Shown: positions 1 through 17,029 of the stretch, piece by piece
Layout of the letters: every line of letters starts with the position of its first letter
Numbering within the stretch: position 1 is the stretch's first letter
Translations under genes and position numbers: made by a program
Notes under the pieces: generated by a model
What the model was told of the DNA's origin: nothing
The model's database searches: none
What the model saw: the letters and a program-made list of their open reading frames with translations, nothing else
Source of the DNA: the human T2T-CHM13v2.0 reference genome, Homo sapiens
Assembly (NCBI RefSeq): GCF_009914755.1
Contig: NC_060930.1
Reading direction: 5' to 3' (one strand)
Length of the DNA: 64,000 nt

Positions 1-450
<450 letters not shown>

Positions 451-561
451 GGAATTTACCCCTTAACTTAAATGGATGATCACATTGAAAGCTCAAAGTC
501 TCTTTTAGCCAACTACACCAGCCTAATTTTCTGTAAAGAGGGTAGCTAATATCCTTGCTTT

Positions 562-870
562 GGCTGGGCATAGTGGCTCACACCTGTAATCCCAGGATTT
601 GGGGAGGTGGAGGCAGGCGGATTGCTTGAGCTCAGGAGTTCAAGACCAGACTGGGCAACATGGCGAAGCATCATTTCTACAAAAAAATATGAAAATTGGC
701 CAGGTGTGGTGGTGTGAGCCTGTAGTCCCAGCTACTCGGGAGGCTGAGGTGGGAAGATCACTTGAGCTGGGAGGCGGAGGTTGCAGTGAGCCAAGATTGC
801 GCCACTGCACTCCAGCCTGGGTGACAGAGCAAGAAGACCCTGTCTCAAAAAAAAAAAAAAAAAAAAAAAA
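562..870 (+). mobile_element. Alu (J/S-type)
   Basis: Alu dimer with polyA tail. Confidence 0.92.
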
Positions 871-1778
871 ATTCATTGTATAGATCAATCTGAGAAGTAC
901 TGTTTGTTAAAATAAAATTTAAAAAAAATTAAAAATGGTGTCCTCGCTTTGGGAAAAATAAAGGAAAACCCATTTGTGGGCAGGACATTTATGGGTGAGG
1001 TGCAGAGCGTCTTCTGCATCCTAGATGTGGAATGTCTGCTGCACTCAGGGGTTCTGTCTTTCCTGTGGATAATGCCTGCCAAGTGAAAAGATAAATCCAA
1101 TTAGTTGAGAGAGCTTCTCACTGTGGGCAGCAAGTCTGACCACAGGAGACACTGAGATTCATTATTAGCCAGTGATTCGACGGAAAATATTCTCAAATAA
1201 ATTATGAGCTCCCAAAATGGAGTAGGGGTGGTCTGTCGGATTCCGTGATCACTTGCATTGTCTGTCAGACCTCAGCCCCTACTGAGCGTTGGGCCAGAGG
1301 CTAATAAATTAATTGCTAAGGAACTGGTATTTTTTTCTCCTCACCCTTTCCCTGCTCTGCTCTGTCATCAGCCATTGCTACTAATGAATTATGTGTTAGT
1401 ATAAAAGTGAGGGGAACCAGGGAGCAGTCAAGTCTGATTAATTCACATAATAGATTATAGTCCAGGAAAAACCTAGGACTCGCTGTGCTCTTCCCATTTT
1501 CCTAGGAAGTCTCCCTGCTAACAGAATAGCATAGACTGGTGTAGCTAACCATGGGTGGCTACTGTGAATTTTCCGTTTCTAGGATCCATAGAACTAGCAC
1601 AAGTTACTAAAGTCATAGAAGTTTAGAATGAGAAGTTGTAGATGGGGACATAGGTAGCCCCAGAGAAGTTAGGTGGGAGGCTTCTGTTAAAGGGCAAGGT
1701 GTCCAATCTCCGTAGTCAGATCCAAGTTTGACTCTGGCCTTTTCCTCTTCCCCGCCATGCAGTTGTTACATTTTGTAA

Positions 1779-2232
<454 letters not shown>

Positions 2233-2893
2233 AACTTAAACTGCTTAAGCTCCATTTATGCCCACGAAGCTAATAATGCTGTTCAAAGTTGTTCCAAAAA
2301 TTAAATGAAACGACTGACACAAAGCGGGTCATAAATGCTGGGGCAGTAGTCATAGGTTTAGGGTTATACTTTATATAATTCCCACCGGCAAGATTTAATG
2401 GATTTACCTTTTAGCAAGAAGTGTTCCGGTTGTGAGCACAAGAGAAAGCTTTCAGGGATAAGGTGGGGTTCTTCAGGGCCGGCTAAGCAGAAGTTTGTGT
2501 TAGGATGGTCCTTCTGGGCAGGGGACCTGCTGCCTGGTTTTCTCTTTGGACCATCAGTGCTGCTTTTGGCCTAATACAGGTGTGGGTGGGAGCCTGGGTG
2601 GGCTGGGTAGGGCTCTGAGAATTCTCTTTTATCCCTCTCCTGCCTCCTGGCAGAGCCTCCCTAGTCCTGAATGCGGTATTGTCTAACCAGATTAGAATGG
2701 GAAACAGGGTTTTATGATTTCAATGGTTGTACCTTTGTTTGGTTTTGGCTGCTAGGAGCACATTCAAAGCAAATTAAGCATGGATGGCAGGAACACTGAT
2801 GCCTTTGTCTTGTTGGATCACCACCTCCAGATGGAGGAGGGAGGGGGGCTCTCACTTGGCTTCCCATCCTAATGGTGCTGTTTTGTTTTCTAG

Positions 2894-2977
2894 CACTCCA
2901 TGTTTACAGCAATTCATAAGCATTACTCCCTGGATGACTGGAAGCTCTTTGCCACAAATCACCCAGAATGCCTGCAG
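2894..2977 (+). CDS. GMPR: GMP reductase 1, coding exon 3 (HSMFTAIHKHYSLDDWKLFATNHPECLQ)
   Basis: ttttctag|CAC acceptor, CAG|gtacga donor, 84 nt, phase 0; peptide recognised as GMPR. Exons 1-2 lie upstream of the window. Confidence 0.96.
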
Positions 2978-3314
2978 GTACGACTACAGCCTGGTTATCA
3001 ATTACCAGTGCTGCAGGGGGGAACAAAATCTTCAGAGCTGTCAAGAGGATTTCAGTCAGTAGCAGAGAGACATTGAGAGTTAGGTGTTTCTCTAGCCCTG
3101 TGCCATTGCCAGGGATTTGCTGAGAAAACTTGTTTCCATATTGTATTATTAAAATACTAGGATTTATCTGTAAGAAATGTCTGTTTTCCCCTGAAAGATG
3201 AAGTGTGTTATATCCCAAGAGCTTGGGGAAGACCTGTGTTTCCTGCCAGGTAATTCAAGGTAGATCCAGTCTTTTGGCTGTAGAAAAAACTTCTGAGTAT
3301 AACAAGGTGCTTTA

Positions 3315-4475
<1,161 letters not shown>

Positions 4476-4869
4476 ACAACAGAAAGCCTTGCTGCAACAT
4501 GCCTGCACTTGCTCCTGCCACATTCAGGTGGTTCTGAGCTGAAGCCACAGACAGGTCTCCCTGGGTTAGAGGTGTTCCCTGCTGGTCAGATCATTTATGA
4601 TTGGAAAATGACTTCAGGTCGTACTGTTTTCAAGGTCTCACTGGCTTTTTGGGGTTGTCGTTACTGTGCTTTAATTATGTGTGGATTTTGATTAGTGAAA
4701 AAGTGGTTTTGGAGATAAAATAATTCTGACTCAATAGTAAGTCCTTCATTTTTGCCATATTGTGTTCAAGTGAATTGTGTTTGTTTTCACTTTCTTCTGT
4801 TTTTCCCTATAATAAGTTTGGGAATAATGATTTTCTTTTTGTCTTTTTCTCAGACCTCCCTCTAACTTC

Positions 4870-5147
<278 letters not shown>

Positions 5148-5901
5148 TCCCTCCACCTTCTTTAAGGGAGTTTTTGGCAATGTATTGTTAACTGGAACTG
5201 TGGCTTTCATTACCAAGTGTGATACATCGACTTACTACACAGCCCGCCACCAAATAAAAGGCGAATTCAAAAGGGATAATGTTAAAAACTTAGTAGCAGT
5301 GAGAGAAGGCAACCAATCTCAAGTTCCATATAGTATACTTAGACAGAAATGAAGTAAGATAAAAAAAGCAGAGCTCTGGTGGGAGGGAGAGTGGGCTTGT
5401 GTGGATTGGGCTGGCACAGGGCAGAGCTGTGAACCACGAGGCCCAGGCGTGAATGCACAGAGAAGGCTGGAGTAAATATGTGTCATGTTAACCATCAGCT
5501 CACTCTCAGTCTCTGCACTGCAGCCACATTGTTATCATTTGGGGGAATAACATAAAGGATATTAAGATAGGCCACTCATATGTGGCCCAGGGTTTAGAGA
5601 TAAGAGTTAAAATATAAACAATCCATGTCTTAGTTTCACTAAGGCATAAATTAGTGAAAGCAAGTCCTTGCCCAAGGGGCAGATGTTCAGAGAAGGGAGA
5701 GGTGTGAGGTTCAGGGGCACTGGTGGAAGTTAAGGGACAAGGGTGTTACAGGGGAGAATGTGGTGGCTTCAGATTTAAACATGTACAAGTGTAGTTGTGA
5801 AAGATCATGTCAGGCTTGTTTGTTTTCACACCTTGGGAAATTTTATCCCTTTAATAGGAAAACAGATTTGCAATTCTGTGTACAGGTTGAGATTTGCATG
5901 C

Positions 5902-6286
5902 TGTATTAGGTTGTTCTTGCATTGCTTTAGAGAAATACCTGAAACTGGGTAATTTATAAAGAAAAGAGATCTAATTGGCTAATGGTTCTGCAGGCTGTAC
6001 AGGAAGCATAGTGCCACCCATTTGCTTTTGGGAAGGCCTTGGGAAGCTTCCAATCATGGTGGAAGGCGAAGTGGGAGAGAGAAAGAGAGGGTGGGAGGTC
6101 ACACACTTTTAATGACCAGATCTCCTGTGAACTCAGACCGAGAGATCACCAAGGGGATGGCCCAAGCCATTGATAAGGGATCCACCCCCATGACCCATAC
6201 ACCTCCCACCAGGCCCCACCTCCACTGGGGGGGGGGGTCATATTTCAACATGAGATTTGGGTGAGGACAATATCCAAACTATGTCA
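5902..6286 (-). mobile_element. MaLR solo LTR (MSTA-like)
   Basis: tgtattagg...gaaactgggtaatttataaagaaaagag...tatccaaactatgtca; 5-bp TSD CATGC. Confidence 0.85.
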
Positions 6287-6501
6287 CATGCTGCACTATT
6301 ATTTTATTGGGAGTGAAAATAAAAATAGGTAAGAGTTTTTCAGAGGCATTTCAGATATCATCCCCTCTCTTGCTCCCCAAGCAAGGTGCTCAGGGTGAAG
6401 GCCACAGCTTTCATGTGGGGAAGCCCGAGTTGATTGGCCATTTCTCCTTCTTCCTGGAAACTTTTGGTTCTTGCTCATTGTCCTCCCTTGAGTTTCCCTG
6501 A

Positions 6502-6976
<475 letters not shown>

Positions 6977-7173
6977 AAAGTTTAGATAATTTAATGAATG
7001 AATCCCCTTTACCTCTGCTGTTGCATGTGTCTTGAGCAGGTGCACTGTGCATTTGATTAGGGTAGACCGAAAAGGGTTGTTGTACTGTCCCAGAATAGGT
7101 GCATAAATGGGGGCAGGGTCTGATGTCTGAATGCTACTGTTTATGCCTGTCTTCTTGGTTTATTTTGGTGCAG

Positions 7174-7347
7174 AATGTAGCCGTGAGTTCAGGCAGTGGG
7201 CAGAATGATCTGGAAAAGATGACCAGCATCCTGGAAGCTGTGCCACAGGTTAAGTTTATTTGCCTGGATGTGGCCAATGGGTATTCAGAACATTTTGTGG
7301 AATTCGTGAAACTTGTCCGTGCCAAATTTCCTGAACACACCATTATG
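7174..7347 (+). CDS. GMPR: GMP reductase 1, exon 4 (NVAVSSGSG...CLDVANGYSEHF...HTIM)
   Basis: tgcag|AAT acceptor, ATG|gtaagt donor, 174 nt; IMPDH/GMPR motif DVANGY. Confidence 0.97.
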
Positions 7348-7590
7348 GTAAGTACGGTAGAACATTACGGTAGAACATTCTCAAGATGGGGAAGCCACGA
7401 GGGAGTTGTTCAATGTGTCGGGGGAGCTGTATCCTCTTCAGAGCTTTTGGTGCCTCTTTAGTCAAAGATTAATTGAGGATCATTTGGGAAAGGATAGGTA
7501 GCCGCTGCGGAAGATCTGAAAACTAGCTTCCCTCTATAAAAAATAAAATCCCCATCAACTTCATAGGATGTTGGCTGCAATTTTTCCTAA

Positions 7591-7961
<371 letters not shown>

Positions 7962-8493
7962 TAACAGAGAGTGTATTTTAAGATTGAAAACGTGACTGGG
8001 TTTGAGTGTCACATATGTAGGTCCTCCATGTCCCACCCCTACTGCCAGCAGGAAACTCTGCTGTAGGAATTGGGAGTCTACGTTATGAACATTTCACGAC
8101 AGTCTACTATCGATGGTGAATCGGTCAGTGGTGTGTTTTATCTAGGAGCTTTGTTTCTTGACTTTTCCTGTATTTTCCTAATTATCTGCACCTTACCTAG
8201 TTAGAATGTAGATTTGTGACTTTTGGGAAAGATGGATTGGCAGAAAAAGGGACTTAGCAGCTCTAGAGTACAACTTGGGCTTTTGCAAAAACCTGTATTG
8301 TAATTATGCAAGTCTTTGCTAATTCTAATTATGATGGCACATACTGATTGACCACTAGATAATTTACCTACCCCTTCCTTTTTTGAATTTTGAACTTCGT
8401 TTCTTCTCATATATGTTATCATTGTAAGAAAGTTGGGAGGAAGGAATTGTTATGGAGTAAAGTCTTCTTCTAAAGGACTTTCAAGGATTGTTA

Positions 8494-9163
<670 letters not shown>

Positions 9164-9289
9164 GAGTTGTTCCAAGGTCAACCAGCTGTACCAGTGTTAG
9201 AAGTGGGTTGGGAAATAGAAAAATTCACTTTGTTCTCTGTAATAGAACAGCCAACTTCATTGCTTTTGATAATGATGTTTGTTGAATAC

Positions 9290-9990
9290 TGTTAAATAAT
9301 AAGAAATGTATATGTGTTTATTGGTCTCAGCCCTTGGTTCTTGAGACAGAACTCCTAAAACCCTTGTAGATAAGGGTGCTAAGAGAATCTTTTGTTCTAA
9401 TATTTGGTCATTGATCCTGATTGCTGACACAGAGCTTCTAGAACCTTTGTAATTTCCAGAGTGATGACAGCACCTGGCACAGAGCTTCTGAATCCCTTGA
9501 GATTTCCTGGGTGGTAGGAGTAGTTTTTGTTCTAATATTTAATCTTTGACCCTGGTTCCTGACACATGGCTCTTAAATCCCTTGGGATTTCCTGGGTGAT
9601 AGCAGCACAGCTGCTCTTGTCCTAACAAGGCGACTCTTAATGGGCTCCTGTGTGGGGGTTGGTCATCAGATAGAACAAGCCATGATTAGAAGCTTGGAGC
9701 TTCTGGCTCCATCCTCCATTTTCCAGAGAGGGGAGAGGGCTGGAAGTAGAGTTAATAATCCATTATGCCTCCTTGACGAGGCCTTCACAGAAACCCCCAA
9801 AGTATGGGGTTTTGAAAGCTTCCTGGCGGGTAACACGTCTACATGCCTGGAGGGTGGCAGACCCCAGCTCTGTGGGTCCAGCACTCTGGACTCTTCCAGA
9901 CCTCACCCTATGTCTCGCTTCATCAGGCTGTTCATCTGTATCCTTCATCATAGCCCTTATTAATACGATAAACTGGTAAACATTCCATAA
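9290..9990 (+). mobile_element. ERVL LTR, MER21-like
   Basis: Repeated cctgacacagagctcctaaatcccttgg-type units typical of MER21; ends approximate. Confidence 0.7.
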
Positions 9991-10197
9991 GTGGTCATCC
10001 TTTATGTCTTTTATCTTCTTTTTCTTGATAGTATATTTGAGATTCACCACATTGCTTTATGTCAGCTGTATATATATATTCCTTGGTTCCTGAAGCTAAT
10101 CTTTAATATCATTTCCTAGATACCTCACTTGCTCTTTTTCCTTCTCTTTACTTTCCAGCTGGTTGTATCGCTGTTAAACTCACTCCTTAATGCTCTT

Positions 10198-10551
10198 TGT
10201 CTGAGTCTGTTTAGTCTGCTAGCATAAAATACCATAAACTGACTGGTGTATAAACAACAGAAAATTGCTCACAGTTCTGGAGGCTGGAATTCCAAAATCA
10301 AGGTGTTGGCTGATTTAGTGTCTAGTTTCACCGTTCCTCATAGGTGGTGCTTTCTTGCTGCATCTTCATATGGTGGAAGAGGCATACAGGCTCCTTGGAA
10401 CCTCTCTTGTGAGGGCACTAATCGCATTCATGAAGGCTGCACCCTTATGACCTAATCACCTCCCAAAGGCCCTGCCTCCTAATGCCATTGGATTGAAGAT
10501 TCAGTTTCAGCATAGGAATCTGTGGGGGACACAAACATTCAGCCCATAGCA
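10198..10551 (-). mobile_element. MaLR LTR (MLT1/MST-type)
   Basis: ataccataaactg...ctcacagttctggaggctgg...aaacattcagcccatagca. Confidence 0.78.
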
Positions 10552-11621
10552 CCCCAGAAGTCAGTGTGGGCACATGAGCTGAGTCACACTGGGGAAGTCG
10601 CATTCTTTCTGAATCTCACTTTCCTCACCTGTGAAAAGGAGGTTGAGGATCCTCGTGGCTGGAGAATGACTCGGGCTCAGATGGGATGCTGTTTTGTAAC
10701 AGTGCCACCTTCACTAGCATTTGCTCGTCTCTGGTGAGTGTCATCAAGGGCACATGCTCTGAGAACTGAGTCAGAGATGGAGAAGAAAGATGGAGGGTAA
10801 TGTGGGGTTTAAGAAGAGAGAGAAAATGTGTGTCACTCTTTAAAATGACAAGTGATAGCAGAAATGCATTAGTGCTCCCAAGCTGTCCATTACATTCTCC
10901 AAACTGGAGCTGCTGTGGGGTGTAGTTCACAGCTGGGCCTGCTGAGAACTGTGAGCTGCCTGTTGGACAGCCTAGAGAGCCTGCATGTCACCTCTGAAGG
11001 ACAAAGACCAGGAAGGAGGGAAGTGCAGGAAGGAGGGGGCTGGGTAAGACGAGGGAAAGGGTGTTGTTGCCAGTGCAGAACTTAGGAGTTGCTATGGGGG
11101 AGTTTACTGGGAGGGAGGAGATCGGTTCAGAGTTCCCACAGCTGTCTGGGAAGCCACCAACAGCGAGGCCCTCTCCAGCACCCGCTGGCTGGCTGGCCCA
11201 GGGGTATGTTTTCATTGCTCTTGTTGGTTTCCCCAGCAATGAACAGGAGACTTTGGCAAGGTAGGTGTTTATTCTTAAGCTGTTCTGTGCCTGCATTGAC
11301 CCTTGAAATCTGTGATTCTTTTGGAAACCTCCAGTACTTTTATGTCCTTGGTTTTTGGTGTTTTTGAAACATAATTTCTTATGGCTTTTGGAGGCATTGT
11401 GAAGACGCATTCACATTTTTCCAGTGTTTTGGAATGAATGATGTAATATGAGGGCTGAGTGTTATGGAATGGAGTGTTATTACGATTGTTACAATACAGT
11501 GAACAGAAAGGATGCTCACAAACGTTCCAGGAAGAAGCTGGCAGTTCCTGGCCTCTGCACCAGGAGTGAGGGCTTGTCGCTCCCTGTGCCCAGTTTCTCC
11601 TGGTTTTTTTTCCTTGCCTTT

Positions 11622-12039
11622 TTTCATGTGCGTCCGTGTGAAGAGACCACCAAACAGGCTTTGTGTGAGCAACATGGCTGTTTATTTCACCTGGGTGCAG
11701 GCGGGCTGAGTCCGAAAAGAGAGTCAGTGAAGGGAGATAGGGGTGGGGCCGTTTTATAGGATTTGGGTAGGTAAAGGAAAATTACAGTCAAAGAGGGGTT
11801 GGTTTGTTCTCTGGCGGGCAGAGTAGGGGTCACAAGGTGCTCAGTAGGGGAGCTTTTGAGCCAGGATGAGCTAGGAGAAGGAATTTCACAAGGCAATGTC
11901 ATCAGTTAAGGCAGGAACAGGCCATTTTCACTTCTTTTGTGGTAGAATGTCATCAGTTAAGGCAGGAACCGGCCATCTGGATGTGTACCTGCAGGTCACA
12001 GGGGATATGATGGCTTAGCTTGGGCTCAGAGGCCTGACA
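11622..12039 (-). mobile_element. 3' LTR7 of HERV-H
   Basis: Direct repeat of 17050-17463; AATAAA at 11681-11686; preceded by the polypurine tract. Confidence 0.95.
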
Positions 12040-12759
12040 TTCCTGTCTTCTTATGTTAATAAGAAAAATAAAACAAAATAGTGGTAAAGTGTTGGGACGG
12101 TGAAAATTTTTGGGGATGGTATGGGGAGATAATGGGCGATGTTTCTCAGGGCTGCTTCGAGTGGGATTAGGGGCGGCGTGGTAACCTAGAGTGGGAGAGA
12201 TTAAGCCGAAGGAAGATTTTGTGGTAAGGGTTGATATTGTGGGACTGTTAGAAGAAACATTTGTCATTTAGAATTATTGGTGATGGCCTGGATACGGTTT
12301 TTGTATGAATTGAAAAACTAAACGGAATAAGAGAAGGAGAAAAACAGGTATTAAAGGTCTAAGAATTGGGAGGACCTAGGACATCTAATTAGAGTGCCTA
12401 AGGAAATTCAGCATGGTCCTGTCAGCAAAGATTATTTATTTACTTCAAGAGTTAAGAGTGGCAGTTTGGGGATAGCACCAGGAGATATCAGCTGTGATGG
12501 CTTGGAGAAACAGTGTAAACCGGCAGTGTAAACAAGAGCAGGGCATGTATGAGTAGTTGAGAATGGTGAATAGGAGTATGACTAGACAGAAGATAGTAGG
12601 GATGACAAGTTTTTTTGGGGCACAGTCTAAGTTGGTCTGGTGTCTGGAATGAGACTGGGGCCTAATAAAAAGGAGCGTCTATACAGGAGCTCAAATAGGC
12701 TGTACTTTGTAGCATTCTGAGGACAGGTCTGACTTCTGAGAAGGGAAAGTGGTAAAAGT

Positions 12760-13140
12760 ATTGTCCAGGCCTTTTTAAGTTGGTGGCTGAGCTTGGTGAG
12801 GTGTGTTTTTAAAAGACTTTTAGTCCGTTCTACTTTTCCTGAAGACTGAGGACCGTAAGGGATATAAAGGTTTCACTGAATACTAAGAGCCTGAAAAACT
12901 GCTTGGCTGATTTGACTAATAAAGGCTGGTCTGTTATCAGACTGTATAGAGGTGGGAAGGCTAAACTGAAGAATTATTTCTGACAGAAGGGAGGAAATGA
13001 CTGTGGTGGCCTTCTCAGACCCTGTAGGAAAGGCCTGTACTTATCCAGTGAAAGTGTCTACCTAGACTAAGAGGTATTTTAGTTATCTGACTCGGGGCAT
13101 GTCGAGTAAAGCTAATTTGCCAGTCCTGGGTGGGGGCAAA
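12760..13140 (-). pseudogene. HERV-H integrase core remnant
   Basis: Hand translation on -: WQISFT, SIQSDN, YGPQSSGKVERT. Confidence 0.75.
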
Positions 13141-14045
13141 TCCTCGAGCTTGATGTGTGGGGAAGGGAAGGGGCCTGAATAATCCTTGAGGAGTAGTAGA
13201 ATAGCAGATGGAACACTGAGAAGTTATTTCCTTGAGGATAGATTTCTACGATGGAAAGAAAATGAGAGGTTCTAAGAGGCGGGCTAGTGGCTTGTACTAT
13301 AGCATAGCCTGCCTTTGCTGGTGTGTGGCGATTAGGCCTGGTGGAACTGCCATCAATAAATCAAGCGTGATCAGGGTGAGGAACGGCAAAGAAGGAAATA
13401 TGGGGAAATGGAGTGAATGTCAGGTGGATCAGAGAGATACAGTCATGGGGGTCAGGTGTGGTATCAGGAATAACGTGGGAGGGTGGATTGAAGTCCGGGC
13501 CAGGAACAATGGTAATTGTGGGACTTAACAAAGAGTGAGTACAGCTGAAGGAGCCGGGGAGCAGAAAGTATATGCGTCAGGTATGAGGAAGAAAATAGAT
13601 TTTGGAAGTTATGAGAAATGTAGAGAGTAAGTTGAGCATAGTTTGTGATTTTGAGGGCCTCTAAAAGTATTAGGACGGCGGCAGCCGCTGCACGGAGACA
13701 TGATGGCTAGGCTAAAACAGTAAGGTCAAGTTGTTTGCACAGAAAGGCTACAGGGTGCGGTCCTGGCTCTTGTGTAAGAATTCTGACTGCACTAACCATG
13801 CCTAGGAAGGAAAGGAGTTGCTGTTTTGTAAGGAATTGAGGTTTGGGAGATTAATTGGACACTATCAGCAGGGAAAGCACGTGTGTTTTTATAAGAATTA
13901 TGCTTAGATAGGTAACAGATAAGGAGAAAATTTGGGCTTGACTGAAGTAATGGGGGCTGTCTGTGAAGCTTTGCAACAGTACAGCCCAGGTAATTTGCTG
14001 AGCCTGACGGGTGTCAGGGTCAGTCCAAGTGAAAGCGAAGAGAGG

Positions 14046-14417
14046 CTAGGAGGACAGGTGCAAAGGAATAGTAAAGAAAGCATGTTTGAGATCCAGAACA
14101 GAATAATGGACTGTGGAGAGAGGTATTGAGGATAGGAGAGTATATGGGTTTGGCACCATGGGGTGGATAGGCAAAACAATTTGGTTGATAAGGCGCAGAT
14201 CCTGAACTAACTTGTAAGGCTTGTCTGGTTTTAGGACAGGTAAAATGGGGGAATTATAAGGAGAGTTTATAGGCTTTAAAAGGCCATGCTGTAGCAGGCG
14301 AGTGATAACAGGCTTTAATCCTTTCAAAGCATGCTGTGGGATGGGATCTTGGCATTGAGCAGGGTAAGGGTTATTAGGTTTTAATGAGATGGTAAGGGGT
14401 GCATGATCGGTCACCAA
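14046..14417 (-). pseudogene. HERV-H pol remnant (N-terminal reverse transcriptase)
   Basis: SPYNSPILPVLK, LVQDLRLIN and VLDLKHAFFTIPL RT motifs; frame ends prematurely. Confidence 0.9.
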
Positions 14418-14878
14418 GGAGGGAGTAGAGGTATCTTATATTTGTGGGTTAAGGTTGGGGGATACAAGAGGAGGACACAAAGGAGGCTTTGGATTGGGAA
14501 GAAGGGCGGCAATGAGATGTAGCTGTAATCCAGGAATAGTCAGGGAAGCAGATAATTTAGTTAAAGTGTCTCGGCCTAATAAGGGAACTGGGCAGGTGGG
14601 GATAACTAAAAAGGAGTGGTTAAAAGAGTAACGTCTAAGTGGGCACTAGAGTTGGGGGATTTTAAGAGGCTTAGAAGCCTGGCCGTCAATACCTATAACA
14701 GTTATGGAGGCAAGGGAAACAGGCCCTTGAAAAGAAGGCAATGTGGAGTGGGTAGCCTCCGTATTGATTAAGAAGGGGACAGACTTACCCTCCACTGTGA
14801 GAGTTACGCGAAGCTCGGCATCCGTGATGGTCTTGTAGGGGGCTTCCGAGGCGATCGGGCAGCATCAGTCTTCAGCCG

Positions 14879-15211
14879 CTAAGCCGAGAAGATGTGGGAA
14901 GCAGTCAGAGAGCCTTGGGCCAGAATTCCAGGGGCGCTGGGAGTGGCTGCCAGGTGAGTTAGACAGTCCGATTTCCAGTGGGGTCCCGCACAGATGGGAC
15001 TCAGCTTAGGAGGAATCCTGGGCTGCAGGCATTCCTTGGCCTGGTGGCCAGATTTCTGGCACTTGTAGCAAGCTCCTGGGGGAGGAGGTTCTGGAGGAAC
15101 GCCTGGCTGCTGCGGTTCAGGCGTTTGGAAGTTCTTGTGTGCTGGAGATGTGGCTGGGGTTTGTCTCACAGTGGAGGCAAGGAATTGCAACTTTTCTCTA
15201 TTATTGTACAC
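14879..15211 (-). pseudogene. HERV-H gag remnant (nucleocapsid)
   Basis: Zinc knuckle CYKCQKSGHQAKEC and a degenerate second knuckle SPICAGPHWKSDC. Confidence 0.88.
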
Positions 15212-16198
15212 CTTGAAGGCGAGGTTAATTAAATCCTGTTGTGGGGTTTGAGGGCTGGAATTTAATTTTTGGAGTTTTCTTTAACGTCGGGAGCAGATTG
15301 GGTAATAAAGTGTATTTTGAGAATAAGACGGCCTTTTGAACTTTTAGGGTCTAGGGCTGTAAAGCGTCTCAGGGTTGCTGCCAAACGAGCCATGAACTGG
15401 GCTGGATTTTTATATTTGATGAAAAAGAGCCTAAACGCTATCCGATTTGGGATAAAGAAAAAGGAGCATTAACCTTGACTATGCCTTTAGCTCCAGCCAC
15501 CTTTTTAAGAGTAAATTGCTGGGCAGGTGGGGAGGGCTAGTCACGGAACGAAACTGTAAGCCAGACTGTGTGTGAGGAGGGGAGGTGATAAAAGGATTAT
15601 AGGGTGGAGGAGCGGAGGCTGAGAAAGAATTGGGACCTAGCTCGGCCTGGCGAGGAGCAGCCTGGGGAGGAGGGGAGAGGTCAGATGAGTCTGTAGAAAA
15701 GGAAGATTAGAAAGACTCAGCGACGCTTGGGGTTGGGACTGAGGGGACAGGCGGGAGGGAAAGGAGGAAGATTTGGGACGAGTTGCATTGGGAACAGAGA
15801 CTAGAGAGGGACTGATGTGTAAAAGAATGCCTGGACGTCAGGCACCTCAGACCATTTGCCCATTGTACGACAAGAATTATTTAGATCTTGTAGGATGGAA
15901 AAATTGAAAGTGCCATTTTCCGGCTATTTGGAACTACTGTCGAGTTTGTATTGGGGTCAAGCAGCACTGCAGAAGAAAATAAGATGCTTAGATTTTAGGT
16001 CAGGTGAGAATTGAAGAGGTTTTAAGTTTTTTGAGGACACAGGCTAAGGGAGAAGAAGGAGGAATGGAGGGTGGAAGGTTGCCCATAGTGAAGGAAGCAA
16101 GCCTAGAGAAAAGAGAGTAGAGACACGGAGGGAAGGGGTTCAGGGGTTCTTACCTTCCAGAAAAGCGGGAAAGGGGTTGGGGCGTGGAAATAAGGGGT

Positions 16199-16440
16199 TG
16201 GGATGCAGAGATAAGAGGTCGGGTTGCAGAGATAAGAGGTCGGGGCACGGAAATAAGGGATGGGGTGCAGAGATAAGAGGTCAGGGCACAGAAATAAGGG
16301 ATTGGGGTGCAGAGATAAGAGGTCAGGGCACAGAAATAAGGGATTGGGGTGCAGAGATAGGTCAGGGCACAGAAATAAGGGATTGGGGTGCAGAGATAAG
16401 AGGTCGGGGCACAGAAATAAGGGATTGGGGCACAGAGATA
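16199..16440. repeat. ~42-bp minisatellite in the HERV-H leader
   Basis: Unit tggggtgcagagataagaggtcagggcacagaaataagggat at 16261, 16303, 16345 (3-bp deletion) and 16384, plus partial copies. Confidence 0.9.
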
Positions 16441-17029
16441 TAAGAGGTTGGGGTACATGCCCCTCCTCTAGAAAAGTGGGACTTGCCGCTAAGTGTGAAG
16501 GAGAAGGGGTTGGGGGTTTCTTGCCCCCCAGAAAGGCGGAGAAGGGATAGAGACACGGAGAGAAGGGATTAGGGTACTTGCCCCTTCCCCAGAAAAGCAG
16601 GACTTGCCGCTAAGGGTGAAGGACCAAGGCAGGCATCCCTGCGTGGTCTGACACCTCTGAAACCCGGTAGAATAATCAGAGGTGTCCCTGCAATGATTAA
16701 ACACCAAGGGAAGGCTGCCTTCCCTAGTCTGTGACCGGCGCCGGAGTTTTGAGTCCGTGGATAAAACGTGTCTCCTTTATCTCTACCAGAAAATGAAAGG
16801 AATTGAAATTAAAAGAAGGGAGAGATTGAAGTGTGGCGCCAAGATTGAAAGGAGAGAGGCTGAGGGATAGTGAGGGAGGTTGGAGAAGAGAGTAAAAAGA
16901 GGCCGCTTACCGGATTTGAAATTGGTGAGATGTTTCTTGGGCTGGTCGGTCCGAGGACCTGAGGTCGTAGGTGGATCTTTCGCAAAGAGCAGGAGGACAG
17001 GGGATTGATCTCCCAAGGGAGGTCCCCCG

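Noticed and set aside
16150-16556. Repetitive ORFs (CTPIPYFCALTSYL / GAEIRGQGTEIRDW)
   Set aside because: Translation of the frame-preserving 42-bp VNTR.
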